Below are positions 39,421-52,691 of a DNA stretch of 64,000 nt, piece after piece (the stretch's first letter is position 1; each line of letters starts with the position of its first letter). Made by a program: the position numbers and the translations under genes. Source of the stretch: Eledone cirrhosa (taxonomy: Eukaryota). The stretch spans positions 4,030,001 to 4,094,000 of the forward strand of contig OZ024761.1 of assembly GCA_964016885.1 (NCBI GenBank), given 5' to 3'. Under the pieces are notes generated by a model, which saw only the letters and a list, made by a program, of their open reading frames with translations, was not told the DNA's origin and made no database searches.

Positions 39421-39948
39421 CACAGATCAACGTAAATCTGAGTCAATCAACATAAGACAAGGTTTATTTTTACATCTTTGAAAATGACAAAAGAAGCAAC
39501 ATAAGCTGAGGTCTACCTGTATAGAGATCAGGCTCCAGCCCCCCTCCACCCTCCGTATAACTCATAACAAACTATATACACTGGTTCCTAACATTCCCCA
39601 CAAACAACGGCCCTTTTTATTTCAATAACTTTCCTTCTACTCCATTGACTCAACTCTCTGATTCTTGAAATAAATGATATTTCCACCTCACACCTACAGG
39701 TTTAACTAGTCTCTTCCAAGGATGTATCTCATAAGGGGTTTCTCAGGTGTTTTAATGATAGGGACCCCAGCCTATCATGAAAAGTAATGTGAAATAAAGC
39801 AGCTGGTCCAGTAATCAAACCCACAAATTTATGATCGTTCAGTACATGCACTTTCACAAATGTTATTCAGTGAGATAACAATCAATATGGAACAATGGAT
39901 AACCAATAGTGTGTGTTTATTATGTTTTTAACAAAGTACTTGAAATGT

Positions 39949-40449
39949 TTTACCATTTACATTACTCTATATATACTATTGTATTTTCACAGTAAAGGCT
40001 TTATTTCACATAATATCTCACAACATTTACATTACTCTATATATACTATTGTATTTTCACAGTAAAGGCTTTACCTCACATAATATCTCACATAACATTT
40101 ACATTACTCTATATATACTATTGTATTTTCACAGTAAAGGCTTTATTTCACATAATATCTCACAACATTTACATTACTCTATATATACTATTGTATTTTC
40201 ACAGTAAAGGCTTTACCTCACATAATATCTCACATAACATTTACATTACTCTATATATACTATTGTATTTTCACAGTAAAGGCTTTATCTCACATATCTA
40301 ACACATTTACATTACTCAATATATACTATTGTATTTTCACAGTAAAGGTTTCATCTCACATAATATTGAATCTATGAGATTTTGATATTATTTATTTTGA
40401 GAACAATACCTTAACATCAGTATGAGTAACCAGTTTAAATGCTAAAGGG
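39949..40449 (+). mobile_element. Same 72-bp-satellite element, about 6 units
   Basis: Same unit and unique tail, ends GCTAAAGGGTTAA. Confidence 0.78.
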
Positions 40450-40934
40450 TTAACTTAGCCTACAGTTTCCCTTTAGAATGGATACGCAATAGTATGTGTA
40501 TGTTATGTTATGTTATAGCTTACAGACCCTCATGTGGCCTAAAGACCCCCATGTGGTCTGAAGATGCCCATGTGGTCTGCAGACCCCCATGTGGTCTGAA
40601 GAACCTCATGTGGTCTGCAGACCCCAGATTAAGAACTACTGATCAACAACATGCTTTTTGTTTTAACGATTGACAATATCCCAGACCTCACTTACTGAGT
40701 GGGGTGGAACTTGTCAAAATGGACCAAGGAAACAATGTTTCCATTGGTTTTTCCATTGCTGAAACTACTGATTCCAACTCCTGGCAGAAAGAGCAATGTG
40801 AAATAAAGTATCTTGATCAATGACATAACACATTGTCTGATCTGGGAATCAAACCTGCAACCTCACAATTACAAAACCAATTCTCTAACCACTAAGCTAC
40901 ATGCCTTCATAGCAACATGTTTAATATCACAACT

Positions 40935-42798
40935 CCGATACTGTGGACATGTGGTTAAAATGTCTCAGCAAAGAATCTCTGGAAAGATTTGAGAGATCAC
41001 AGCTCTGATATTACAGAGATGTGGTTAGAATGTCTCAGGAAAGAATCTCTGGACAGATTTGAGAGATCACAGCTCTGATACTACAGAGATGGGGTTAAAA
41101 TGTCTCAGGAAAGAATCTCTAGACAGATTTGAGAGATCACAGCTCTGATACTACAGAGTTAGAATGTCTCAGGAAAGAATCTCTGGACAGATTTGAGAGA
41201 TCACAGCTCTGATATTACAGAGATGTGGTTAGAATGTCTCAGGAAAGAATCTCTGGACAGATTTGAGAGATCACAGCTCTGATATTACAGAGATGTGGTT
41301 AGAATGTCTCAGGAAATAATCTCTGGACAGATTTGAGAGATCACAGCTCTGATACTACAGAGTTAGAATGTCTCAGGAAAGAATCTCTGGACAGATTTGA
41401 GAGATCACAGCTCTGATATTACAGAGATGTGGTTAGAATGTCTCAGGAAAGAATCTCTGGACAGATTTGAGAGATCACAGCTCTGATATTACAGAGATGT
41501 GGTTAGAATGTCTCAGGAAATAATCTCTGGACAGCTTTGAGAGATCACAGCTCTGATACTACAGAGATGAGGTTAAAATGTCTCAGGAAAGAATCTCTAG
41601 ACAGATTTGAGAGATCACAGCTCTGATACTACAGAGATGGGGCTAGAATGTCTCAGGAAAGAATCTCTGGACAGATTTGAGAGATCACAGCTCTGATACT
41701 ACAGAGATGGGGTTGGAATGTCTCAGGAAAGAATCATTGGACAGATTTGGGAGATCACAGCTCTGATACTACAGAGATGGGGTTATAATGTCTCAGGAAA
41801 GAATGACTGGACAGATTTGAGAGATCACAGCTCTGATACTACAGAGATGGGGTTATAATGTCTCAGGAAAGAATCTCTGGACAGATTTGAGAGATCACAG
41901 CTCTGATATTACAGAGATGGGGTTAGAATGTCTCAGGAAAGAATCATTGGACAGATTTGGGAGATCACAGCTCTGATACTACAGAGATGGGGTTAGAATG
42001 TCTCAAGAAAGAATCACTGGACAGATTTGAGAGATCACAGCTCTGATACTACAGAGATGGGGCTAGAATGTCTCAGGAAAGAATCTTTGGACAGATTTGA
42101 GAGATCACAGCTCTGATACTACAGAGATGGGGTTAGAATGTCTCAGGAAAGAATCTCTGGACAGATTTGAGAGATCACAGCTCTGATACTACAAAGATGG
42201 GGTTAGAATGTCTCAGGAAAGAATCTCTGGACAGATTTGAGAGATCACAGCTCTGATACTACAGAGATGGGGCTAGAATGTCTCAGGAAAGAATCTTTGG
42301 ACAGATTTGAGAGATCACAGCTCTGATACTACAGAGATGGGGTTAGAATGTCTCAGGAAAGAATCTCTGGACAGATTTGAGAGATCACAGCTCTGATACT
42401 ACAAAGATGGGGTTAGAATGTCTCAGGAAAGAATCTCTGGACAGATTTGAGAGATCACAGCTCTGATACTACAGAGATGTGGTTGGAATGTCTCAGGAAA
42501 GAATCTCTGGACAGATTTGAGAGATCACAGCTCTGATACTACAGAGATGTGGTTGGAATGTCCCAGGAAAGAATCTCTGGACAGATTTGAGAGATCACAG
42601 CTCTGATACTACAGAGATGGGGTTAGAATGTCTCAGGAAAGAATCACTGGACAGATTTGAGAGATCACAGCTCTGATATTACAGAGATGTGGTTAGAATG
42701 TCTCAGGAAAGAATCTCTGGACAGATTTGAGAGATCACAGCTCTGATATTACAGAGATGTGGTTAGAATGTCTCAGGAAAGAATCACTGGACAGATTT
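40935..42798 (+). repeat. 60-bp minisatellite, about 31 units, from the C-terminal coding region of an RTE-like LINE
   Basis: Unit reads RSQL.YY..VVRMSQER; continues into RRPRARWLDNI (42800-42920). Confidence 0.9.
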
Positions 42799-43001
42799 TA
42801 TGGACAAAACAAACAAATAGAAGACCCAGAGCAAGATGGTTGGATAACATCCATGAGCTTGGCTGGTCTCACTTGGGAATCCAGCTGGATCAGTTGGAGA
42901 CGGTTGCTTCTGACAGGAACCGCAAGGAGGAGCAGCAGGAGGAGAAATATGGTAATGAAAGGGTTAATCGTTGACTAAAGTGAAGAAGAGAAGAAGTTTA
43001 C

Positions 43002-43131
43002 CTGTCGTTAGTAACTGTGCAAGAAATGTATGACTTGTTGTAAATGATGATGATGGGATCTCAGACACAGTTTCTACAGTTGATGCTGACTGAGGTGTCG
43101 ACCGATGTTTATTCCTGGCTACTTGTGTGTT
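43002..43131 (-). CDS. MLXIP: Mondo exon NTQVARNK...TFLAQLLTT
   Basis: TTCTTCAG/GTAAAC, 130 nt, phase 0 to 1; LAQLL motif. Confidence 0.82.
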
Positions 43132-43915
43132 CTGAAGAAATTTACCAAACAACAATAATAAGAACAACAACGAATGGTAATAAACAAAAGATACCAATAA
43201 ATGTGCGTGGGGGTGGGGCAGGGTGGTGTTGGTGGCGGGGTGTATCTGGTGTGTATGGTGGTGGTGTGTGGTGGTGGTGGTGTGTGTGGTGGTGCATGGG
43301 GGTTGTGTGTGTGTGGTGGTGTGTGTGTGGTGGTGTGTGTGGTGGTGTGTGTGGTGGTGTGAGTGTGGTGGTGTATGGGGTGTGTGTGTGTATGTGTGTG
43401 TAGGTGTGTATGTGTGTGTGGTGTGGTGTGTGTGTGTGGTGTGAATGTGGTGGTGGGGAGATGTTCAGAAGTTTGCTTCATAACCATGTGGTTTCAGCTC
43501 TGGTCCTTCTCGTTCCTTACACTCTTTCACTGGTTTCAGTCATTAGACTGTGGCCATGCTGGAGCACTGCACTGGTTTCAGTCATTAGACTGTGGCCATG
43601 CTGGAGCACCACTTGATTTAGTCGATCATATTGACGCCAGTAAATTTGTCTTATCAAGTCTGGGCAAAACCAACTGGCAGGAGACCCCGAGCAACATCAT
43701 TGGATAACATCCATGAGCTTGGCTGGTCTCACTTAGGGATCCAGCCAGATCAGTTGGAGATGGTTGCTTGTGACAGGACCTGCTGGAAGGAGGGTTTGAG
43801 GACTCTGCCCCCACGACCCCCTCAGGAATAAGTGGGCCAAGAAGTCTGGTACTTATTATATTGATCACTTTCACTGCTAAGTTATAGGTTATAAAGACAG
43901 AGACAAATGTAAGCG

Positions 43916-46765
43916 CACATAGGGTTGGACAGGTCTTCTGGTACACATAGGGTTGGAGAGGTCATCTGGTACACATAGGGTTGGAGAGGTCATCTGGTAC
44001 ACATAGGGTTGGAGAGGTCTTCTGGTACACATAGGGTTGGAGAGGTCTTCTGGTACACATAGGGTTGGACAGGTCTTCTGGTACACAGTAGGGTTGGAGA
44101 GGTCTTCTGGTACACATAGGGTTGGAGAGGTCTTCTGGTACACAGTAGGGTTGGACAGGTCATCTGGTACACATAGGGTTGGAGAGGTCTTCTGGTACAC
44201 ATAGGGTTGGACAGGTCTTCTGGTACACAGTAGGGTTGGAGAGGTCTTCTGGTACACATAGGGTTGGAGAAGTCATCTGGTACACATAGGGTTGGAGAGG
44301 TCTTCTGGTACACAGTAGGGTTGGACAGGTCATCTGGTACACAGTAGGATTGGAGGTCTTCTGGTACACATAGGGTTGGACAGGTCTTCTGGTACACAAT
44401 AGGGTTGGACAGGTCTTCTGGTACACAGTAGGGTTGGACAGGTCTTCTGGTACACAATAGGGTTGGAGAGGTCTTCTGGTACACATAGGGTTGGACAGGT
44501 CTTCTGGTACACAATAGGGTTGGACAGGTCTTCTGGTACACAGTAGGGTTGGAGAGGTCTTCTGGTACACATAGGGTTGGACAGGTCTTCTGGTACACAG
44601 TAGGGTTGGACAGGTCTTCTGGTACACAATAGGGTTGGAGAGGTCTTCTGGTACACAGTAGGGTTGGACAGGTCTTCTGGTACACAGTAGGGTTGGAGAG
44701 GTCTTCTGGTACACATAGGGTTGGACAGGTCTTCTGTTACACAATAGGGTTGGACAGGTCTTCTGGTACACAGTAGGGTTGGAGAGGTCTTCTGGTACAC
44801 ATAGGGTTGGAGAAGTCATCTGGTACACATAGGGTTGGAGAGGTCTTCTGGTACACAGTAGGGTTGGACAGGTCATCTGGTACACAGTAGGATTGGAGGT
44901 CTTCTGGTACACATAGGGTTGGACAGGTCTTCTGGTACACAATAGGGTTGGACAGGTCTTCTGGTACACAGTAGGGTTGGACAGGTCTTCTGGTACACAA
45001 TAGGGTTGGAGAGGTCTTCTGGTACACATAGGGTTGGACAGGTCTTCTGGTACACAATAGGGTTGGACAGGTCTTCTGGTACACAGTAGGGTTGGAGAGG
45101 TCTTCTGGTACACATAGGGTTGGACAGGTCTTCTGGTACACAGTAGGGTTGGACAGGTCTTCTGGTACACAATAGGGTTGGAGAGGTCTTCTGGTACACA
45201 GTAGGGTTGGACAGGTCTTCTGGTACACAGTAGGGTTGGACAGGTCTTCTGGTACACATAGGGTTGGACAGGTCTTCTGGTACACAATAGGGTTGGACAG
45301 GTCTTCTGGTACACATAGGGTTGGACAGGTCTTCTGGTACACAATAGGGTTGGACAGGTCTTCTGGTACACAATAGGGTTGGAGAGGTCTTCTGGTACAC
45401 ATAGGGTTGGACAGGTCTTCTGGTACACAGTAGGGTTGGACAGGTCTTCTGGTACACAATAGGGTTGGAGAGGTCTTCTGGTACACATAGGGTTGGACAG
45501 GTCTTCTGGTACACATAGGGTTGGACAGGTCTTCTGGTACACAGTAGGGTTGGACAGGTCTTCTGGTACACAATAGGGTTGGAGAGGTCTTCTGGTACAC
45601 ATAGGGTTGGACAGGTCTTCTGGTACACATAGGGTTGGACAGGTCTTCTGGTACACAATAGGGTTGGACAGGTCTTCTGGTACACATAGGGTTGGACAGG
45701 TCTTCTGGTACACATAGGGTTGGACAGGTCTTCTGGTACACAATAGGATTGGACAGGTCTTCTGGTACACAATAGGGTTGGAGAGGTCTTCTGGTACACA
45801 TAGGGTTGGACAGGTCTTCTGGTACACAATAGGGTTGGACAGGTCTTCTGGTACACATAGGGTTGGACAGGTCTTCTGGTACACAATAGGGTTGGACAGG
45901 TCTTCTGGTACACAGTAGGGTTGGACAGGTCTTCTGGTACACAGTAGGGTTGGACAGGTCTTCTGGTACACAATAGGGTTGGAGAGGTCTTCTGGTACAC
46001 AGTAGGGTTGGACAGGTCTTCTGGTACACATAGGGTTGGAGAGGTCTTCTGGTACACATAGGGTTGGACAGGTCTTCTGGTACACAGTAGGGTTGGAGAG
46101 GTCTTCTGGTACACATAGGGTTGGACAGGTCTTCTGGTACACAGTAGGGTTGGAGAGGTCTTCTGGTACACATAGGGTTGGAGAGGTCTTCTGGTACACA
46201 GTAGGGTTGGAGAGGTCTTCTGGTACACATAGGGTTGGAGAGGTCTTCTGGTACACATAGGGTTGGACAGGTCTTCTGGTACACAGTAGGGTTGGAGAGG
46301 TCTTCTGGTACACAGTAGGGTTGGACAGGTCTTCTGGTACACATAGGGTTGGAGAGGTCTTCTGGTACACAGTAGGGTTGGAGAGGTCTTCTGGTACACA
46401 TAGGGTTGGAGAGGTCTTCTGGTACACAATAGGGTTGGAGAAGTCATCTGGTACACAATAGGGTTGGAGAGGTCTTCTGGTACACAATAGGGTTGGAGAG
46501 GTCTTCTGGTACACATAGGGTTGGAGAGGTCTTCTGGTACACAGTAGGGTTGGAGAGGTCTTCTGGTACACAGTAGGGTTGGACAGGTCTTCTGGTACAC
46601 AGTAGGGTTGGAGAGGTCTTCTGGTACACATAGGGTTGGAGAAGTCATCTGGTACACAATAGGGTTGGAGAGGTCTTCTGGTACACAATACGGTTGGAGA
46701 GGTCTTCTGGTACACATAGGGTTGGAGAGGTCTTCTGGTACACAGTAGGGTTGGAGAGGTCTTCT
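43916..46765. repeat. 28/29-bp minisatellite, about 100 units
   Basis: AGGGTTGGA(C/G)AGGTCTTCTGGTACACA(T/GT/AT). Confidence 0.97.
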
Positions 46766-46840
46766 AAGACCTGGGAGCTCAGTAACCCCACATTTTAGTT
46801 TCCATCTACCAAATAAATAAAGATTATCACTAATACTTAC

Positions 46841-48112
46841 GGAGGGTACTATAAAGCCTTGACTCCGATTAAATGAGCCGCTGCTGCTGCTGCTGCGGCT
46901 GTTTTTACTGTTGTTATTTGTGTTATTTTTGTTATTGTTCAGATAGTTACCACTGTTAATGATGTTGCTGTTGTTGTTGCTGTTAGTTGTAGGCAAGAGT
47001 GAGGAGGAGGAGGGAGAACTGTTACTATAGGAGTGTCTCCTATTAATGGCTACAGAAGAGGAGGAAGCACTGCTGTGATGGAGGTCGGCCGTTGCCGATG
47101 ACGTCACCACGACAACAGCAGCAGGGGTGGTGGTGGTGCTGGTAGACACACGGACTGGGTTGTCTGTGGATGACGAGCTACAACCAATACCAGGTTCAAT
47201 TCTGGGCAGCACCATAGACAGGCCATCAGGGTTGTTACTGCTGGTAGCACCACTGCTCAGTAGAGCATAGCTGTTGCCTGTCATCTGAGGACAGTGTAGG
47301 TCAATGGTTCGATGGACACGTGACCCTGAGGGAGCCACTGCTGGGGCAGGAGGGTGATGCTGCATCTCCAGCATTCCTGCAGCATCAACAAGAGGGTTGG
47401 CTACAATATTGTCTTTGTGGTGGCGGGGAATTGATAGTGTGAGGGGTGCACAGGGAGAGCCTGTCATTGCCTGTAGGGGTGGGGCTAGACTTGTCTGAGA
47501 GGAATTTACCGAATCGTTGATCAACGCAGCGAGAATGGCATGCACTTCTGTTGAGTCCTTATTGACCGTGCAGGTGGCATTAGCAGCATTTCCTTTGTAG
47601 CTGGGAGCCACAACTGTGGTCCCTGAACTGAGATACTGGTGATGTAACGGTTGGTGCACTATCGGGTCAACCGGTGCAGTAGTGTCCACCTTAGGCAACA
47701 CGGTATAGTTTTGTAGCATCTTGTTGTACATCTGCTTGGTCACCTGAGAAGTCACCTCTGGTGGCTGCACAGGCACCGAGGTGTCGGTCAGTAATGATGC
47801 TGCTTGACTCTCACCTCCGACATGGCCCTCACTGTGTGGAGAACAAAACTGGGAGTTTGGTAACAAGTTTATAGTGGACAGAGGTTGGTGTTGTTGATGT
47901 AACTGTACAGGAGCGATTGTTGAATAAAGGTCGGTTTGAGTAGCTGGAGACAATGTGGATGCAGATTTAGACTGCGGAATTCCCAGGGAGCAATCTTTCT
48001 CTTTTAATGGATCTGGTACCGGTGACACAACAGATTGTGTTAAGGGAGAAACTTGAGAAGATAGATCAGAGGTAAGGTCACTTTCCATGGAGAGTAACAG
48101 GTTTGGTTCCGA
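46841..48112 (-). CDS. MLXIP: Mondo large Ser/Pro/Asn-rich middle exon SEPNLLLS...SQGFIVPS (424 codons)
   Basis: TTTTTCAG acceptor, GTAAGT donor, 1272 nt open, phase 0 to 0. Confidence 0.88.
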
Positions 48113-48190
48113 CTGAAAAAGAGAAAACATCAACATTGTAGTTTTCAACAATTTCATTGGTGAGTTACAAACAAAATAAATATTTTTTAA

Positions 48191-49734
48191 CCCTTTAGCA
48201 TTTAAACCACCATATCCGGCCATAATTCTCTCCACTCATACTGATGTTAAGGTATTGTTCTCAAAATAAATATCAAAATTTCATAGCTTCGATATTATGT
48301 AAGGTAAAGTCTTTACCATGAAAATATAATAGTAAATATAGAGTAATGTAAATGTTATGTGAGATATGTGAGGTAAAGCCTTTACTGTGAAAATACAATA
48401 GTATATATAGAGTAATGTAAATGTTATGTGAGATATTATGTGAGGTAAAACCTTTACTGTGAAAATACAATAGTATATATAGAGTAATGTAAATGTTATG
48501 TGAGGTAAAGCATTTACTGTGAAAATACAATAGTATATATAGAGTAATGTAAATGTTATGTGAGATATTATGTGAGGTAAAACCTTTACTGTGAAAATAC
48601 AATAGTATATATAGAGTAATGTAAATGTTATGTGAGGTAACGCCTTTACTGTGAAAATACAATAGTATATATAGAGTAATGTAAATGTTATGCGAGATAT
48701 ATTGTGAGGTAAAGCCTTTACTGTGAAAATACAATAGTATATATAGAGTAATGTAAATGTTATGTGAGATATTATGTGAGGTAACGCCTTTACTGTGAAA
48801 ATACAATAGTATATATAGAGTAATGTAAATGTTATGAGATATTATGTGAGGTAAAGCCTTTACTGTGAAAATACAATAGTATATATAGAGTAATGTAAAT
48901 GTTATGTGAGATATTATGTGAGGTAAATCCTTTACTGTGACAATACAATAGTATATATAGAGTAATGTAAATGTTATGTGAGATATTATGTGAGGTAAAG
49001 CCTTTACTGTGAAAATACAATAGTATATATAGAGTAATGTAAATGTTATGTGAGGTAACGCCTTTACTGTGAAAATACAATAGTATATATAGAGTAATGT
49101 AAATGTTATGTGAGATATTATGTGAGGTAAAGCCTTTACTGTGAAAATACAATAGTATATATAGAGTAATGTAAATGTTATGTGAGATATTATGTGAGGT
49201 AAAACCTTTACTGTGAAAATACAATAGTATATATAGAGTAATATTATATACAAGCCGAACTGGACTGGGAAAGGTCAACAGTTGACATGATAGTGATTTT
49301 GACGATTTTGATTTTGTATCAGTACTGTCGGTAATATATGTATATATATATATGTTTGTGAGTGGTGTGTGTGATTGTATGCATGAATGAGTGTTGGTAT
49401 GCGTGGTTGTGGTTTGTATGCATGAGTATTGGTGTGTGAGTCGTGTCAATAATTTTTTTTTTTTTTTCTTTTTTTTTTTTTTAATGACCATGCTGTAAAA
49501 TGGAGGGGTAGAGAGGGCCCTTGAGTCTAGTAAGACATCCTCTCTAGTGCTGGTGGCACAAATAAAAGCACCCAGTCCATGCTGTAAAGTGGCGCTGGTG
49601 TTAGGAAGGGCATCCAACCAGTGTATCAATGCCAAAAAGCTTATCAGCACAGCAACAAAACAGCATAATGTAAATGTTATGTTACTGTGAAAATACAACA
49701 GTAAATATAGAGTAATGTAAATGGTAAAGTGTTA
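48191..49734 (-). mobile_element. Same element, about 14 units, interrupted at about 49246-49665
   Basis: TTAACCCTTTAGCA at 48187; other end ATGGTAAAGTGTTAA near 49730. Confidence 0.72.
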
Positions 49735-49747
49735 AGAGGGTGAGTTA

Positions 49748-49943
49748 CTGTATATACTTGAAAATAAGCCAAGGAATATTTGACCAAAAAACAGAATTGA
49801 TGGTAGAAGGGATCAGTTTATATTTGGGGGTCAATATTTTAACGATTTTCACCAACTTCAAATCCTACATAAATAAGGTTTAGATTTTTGCCCATTTCTC
49901 AGACATAAAATAGTGTGGTTGGCTTATATTGAAGTATATATGG
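49748..49943. mobile_element. pogo-like MITE (related end near 30020)
   Basis: TIRs CTGTATATACTTGAAAATAAGCC / GGCTTATATTGAAGTATATATGG, TA flanks. Confidence 0.6.
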
Positions 49944-50149
49944 TACTAACAAAATAAGTATTATTTAAGACGGTGTTGTAGTCTGCTTTGAAGCATTGTG
50001 TAGAGTGTAGAAAATAGTGTTTTGTATGAAAACTACAACACTGTGAATTGGACAGGAAATGTCAAAAATATAACAATGGGGTTTAGATGTTAGCTGGCAG
50101 GTTTATAGGTTTTACGGTGAGGTAACAACCTATAATGAACTGCCAGCTA

Positions 50150-50432
50150 GCATCCACCTTACAGGGTCGATAAAATAAAGTACCAGTAATGCACTGGATA
50201 ATTGCTGGCCTTGTGCCTAATGTAGAAACAATTATTATAGGAGGGGCAGTGGATTGGCAGTATCGGTAGAGGGTTGGACATGCTTTCCAGCGTAGTTACG
50301 GCCCTTTATGGTCTGAGTTCAAATCCTGCTGAGGTTAACTTTGCCTTTCATCCTTACAGGGTCGATAAAGTAAAGTACCAGTAATGCACTGGGTAATTGC
50401 TGGCTTGGTGCCAAAAGTAGAAACAATTATTA
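50150..50432 (+). mobile_element. tRNA-derived SINE copies, same family
   Basis: GAGTTCAAATCC..GGTTAACTTTGCCTTTCATCCTTACAGGGTCGATAAA. Confidence 0.7.
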
Positions 50433-50524
50433 CTGGATTGACAGGATTTGAACTAATAAATATGAAATTAAACATCAAAATAATATATATATAATATTCT
50501 TTATTATGGTTAAGTGATGCCTCG

Positions 50525-50565
50525 TTACTGTAGAGTTTCACCTGTCTATGAACAGGCTCATCAGG
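50525..50565 (-). ncRNA. Hammerhead-like core, family F, stem I truncated at inversion (degenerate plus copy 50571-50605)
   Basis: CTGATGA-GCCTGT/ACAGGT-GAAA-CTCTACAG-TA. Confidence 0.55.
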
Positions 50566-51102
50566 CACATCTGATGAGCCTTGTTGGGTAAAACTCCACA
50601 GTAACGAGACATCACTTGGCCATAATAAAGAATATTTAAACTAGTTTGGTATTGAGTGCTTATTCTCATGTCAATATCACATCATCATCATCACTGTTTA
50701 ATGTCTATTTTCCATGCTTGCATGGGTTAGACGGGTCATCCTCAAGTATGACCAGTTGACCGTGCCATACCTTGGACTGTGTTGGCTGGGATTTTATGGC
50801 TGCCCTTCCACCAACCACATTTACAGTGCGGAACTGGGTGACACCGTTGTGGGTGGGGCTGGCTAGTTGGTCACACCATACCCTGCTCACAGCAAAACTA
50901 TTTTGGGATCTGGATGGTCCCATTATGAGGGAGGTCTTGTCAGTTAGCCACACCATGCCTTATTTATAGTGGGGCTGGGTTTGAGCTGGGTTTTTACAGT
51001 TGCTGGATGCACTGCCAGCCAACCACATTTACAGTGTGGAACTGTTGAGAGAGAGGGAGGGAGGGAGGGCTGACCCTAGTTTTTACTTTTGTATTGCTGA
51101 CT

Positions 51103-51256
51103 TAGGCAGCGAATTGGTAGAGTTGTTACAACATCAGATAGAATACCTTGTGGTATTAGTTCCAGCTCTCTGAGTTCAAATCCCACCGAGGTCAACTTTG
51201 CCTTTCATCCTTTTGAGGTTGTTAAAAAAGTACCAGTCAAGTACTGGGGTCGATTC
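51103..51256 (+). mobile_element. tRNA-derived SINE, related family
   Basis: A-box-like TGGTAGAGT, B-box, central GCCTTTCATCC block. Confidence 0.68.
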
Positions 51257-51535
51257 TTCCTCTATATCTCTTTCTTATTTCCTCTCTCTCTCACTTTCTA
51301 TCTTTCTCTGAAAGAAATCTGCTGTACTGCGGCCTGGAGAAGGATGGGCTCCGCCAGGCTTAAAATACCCAAGAAACACTATATGTCGATACGGCACCCC
51401 TACGACTCTATCAGGAGTTACGGGACCTTACATACATACATTGCTGACTTGTATTGTATGACCTTTCCCAAAGAAATCCTAACCACGATGTTTCATATAA
51501 ACAATACTACTTGAAAGTGAAAAGAGATACTTTAC

Positions 51536-51597
51536 CTGGTAAGAAGTAACTGTAGAGGTTGGCATGTGTTGAGATTTATTAAACATCTCAGAGAACA
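51536..51597 (-). CDS. MLXIP: Mondo exon LFSEMFNKSQHMPTSTVTSYQ
   Basis: TTGCAG/GTAAAG, 62 nt; supplies the needed phase 1 to 0 change. Confidence 0.8.
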
Positions 51598-52169
51598 CTG
51601 CAATATAGAGAGGGCAAATCAAATAACGCAGAAGAAAAAACCCTCAAAACATAGCATTGCCAGAATTTATTATAGTTTTTATGTATCCCAATTTTTAGAA
51701 AAGGTAACATGTATGACTGTATGTTGTAAGAGATGACTAACAACTGGGGTGGAGTAAGTTGCATGGGGACCAGAACTGAAAGAAATTAATCTGGGGCCTT
51801 TTAAATATTGTTGGGTATTCCTGGTTGAAGATTTCATCAGGGGTTTTGTGCAAGGAACAGGTTGAACTTGCATGGGACCCTTTTGTATTATATGATAACA
51901 AAAAAATTAATTTGGAATTCTTTAAATATTGTTGGGCACCCTTGGCTCAAAATTTCATCTGTGCAAATTAAGTTTGCAGGAGGCCCTTGGCTGAAAACTT
52001 CATTGAGGACCTTGTGTACTATTAACAGTCAGAAAAACATTAATTTGGAGCTTTTTAAATATTGTTGGGGACTCGTAGCATCAACCCAGTCAGATACTTC
52101 TTCAATCTTCCCCTGATTAACAGAGCTTTGGTAGGGAAGTAAAAGGTGAATGAAGGGGAGCAGAATGTA

Positions 52170-52542
52170 GAGGGGTTGTAACAGAGGGTTGTAACAAGGG
52201 GTTGTAACACAGGGTTGTAACATAGGTTGTAAAACAGAGGGTTGTAATGGGAGTTTGTAAGATAGAGGGTTGTAACGGGGGGTTGTAATACAGAGGATTG
52301 TAACACAGGGCTGTAACATAGAGGGTTGTAACAGGGGGTTGTAACACAGAGGATTGTAACACAGGGCTGTAACAGAGGGTTGTAACACAGGGCTGTAACA
52401 CATAGGGTTGTAACATAGTGTTGTAACAGGGGATTGTAACACAGAGGGTTGTAACAGAGGGCTGTAACAGAGGGTTATAACAAAGAGGGTTGTAACATAG
52501 AGTGTTGTAACAGAGTGTTGTAACAGAGTTGTAACATAGAGG
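52170..52542. repeat. Degenerate about 15-bp array (GGGTTGTAACA core)
   Basis: Direct reading. Confidence 0.85.
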
Positions 52543-52559
52543 GCAGTCTATCAACTTAC

Positions 52560-52652
52560 ACTGCATAGGTTCCATGGTGTCCATAAAATCTTCCAAGTTG
52601 GGTTGGAGCTGCATTAGGACTGGCTGGATTAGGTCAGAATATCCAGTTTGCA
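52560..52652 (-). CDS. MLXIP: Mondo exon (MCR V-like) MQTGYSDLIQPVLMQLQPNLEDFMDTMEPMQ
   Basis: TTTTCAG/GTAAGT, 93 nt, phase 1 to 1; resembles vertebrate DMIQP.L.PLQPSLDDFM. Confidence 0.93.
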
Positions 52653-52691
52653 CTGAAAATAAACAGGAGTCCACTTCAGAATTGGTACTAA

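Noticed and set aside
37567-39481. Thr/Ser-, His- and Val/Glu-rich ORFs
   Set aside because: Triplet repeat; only 37576-37790 has splice signals and compatible phase
44160-46765. 851-aa and 1120-aa Cys/Pro-rich ORFs as a separate gene
   Set aside because: Only 46841-48112 is exon-like; the rest is minisatellite open in all three minus frames
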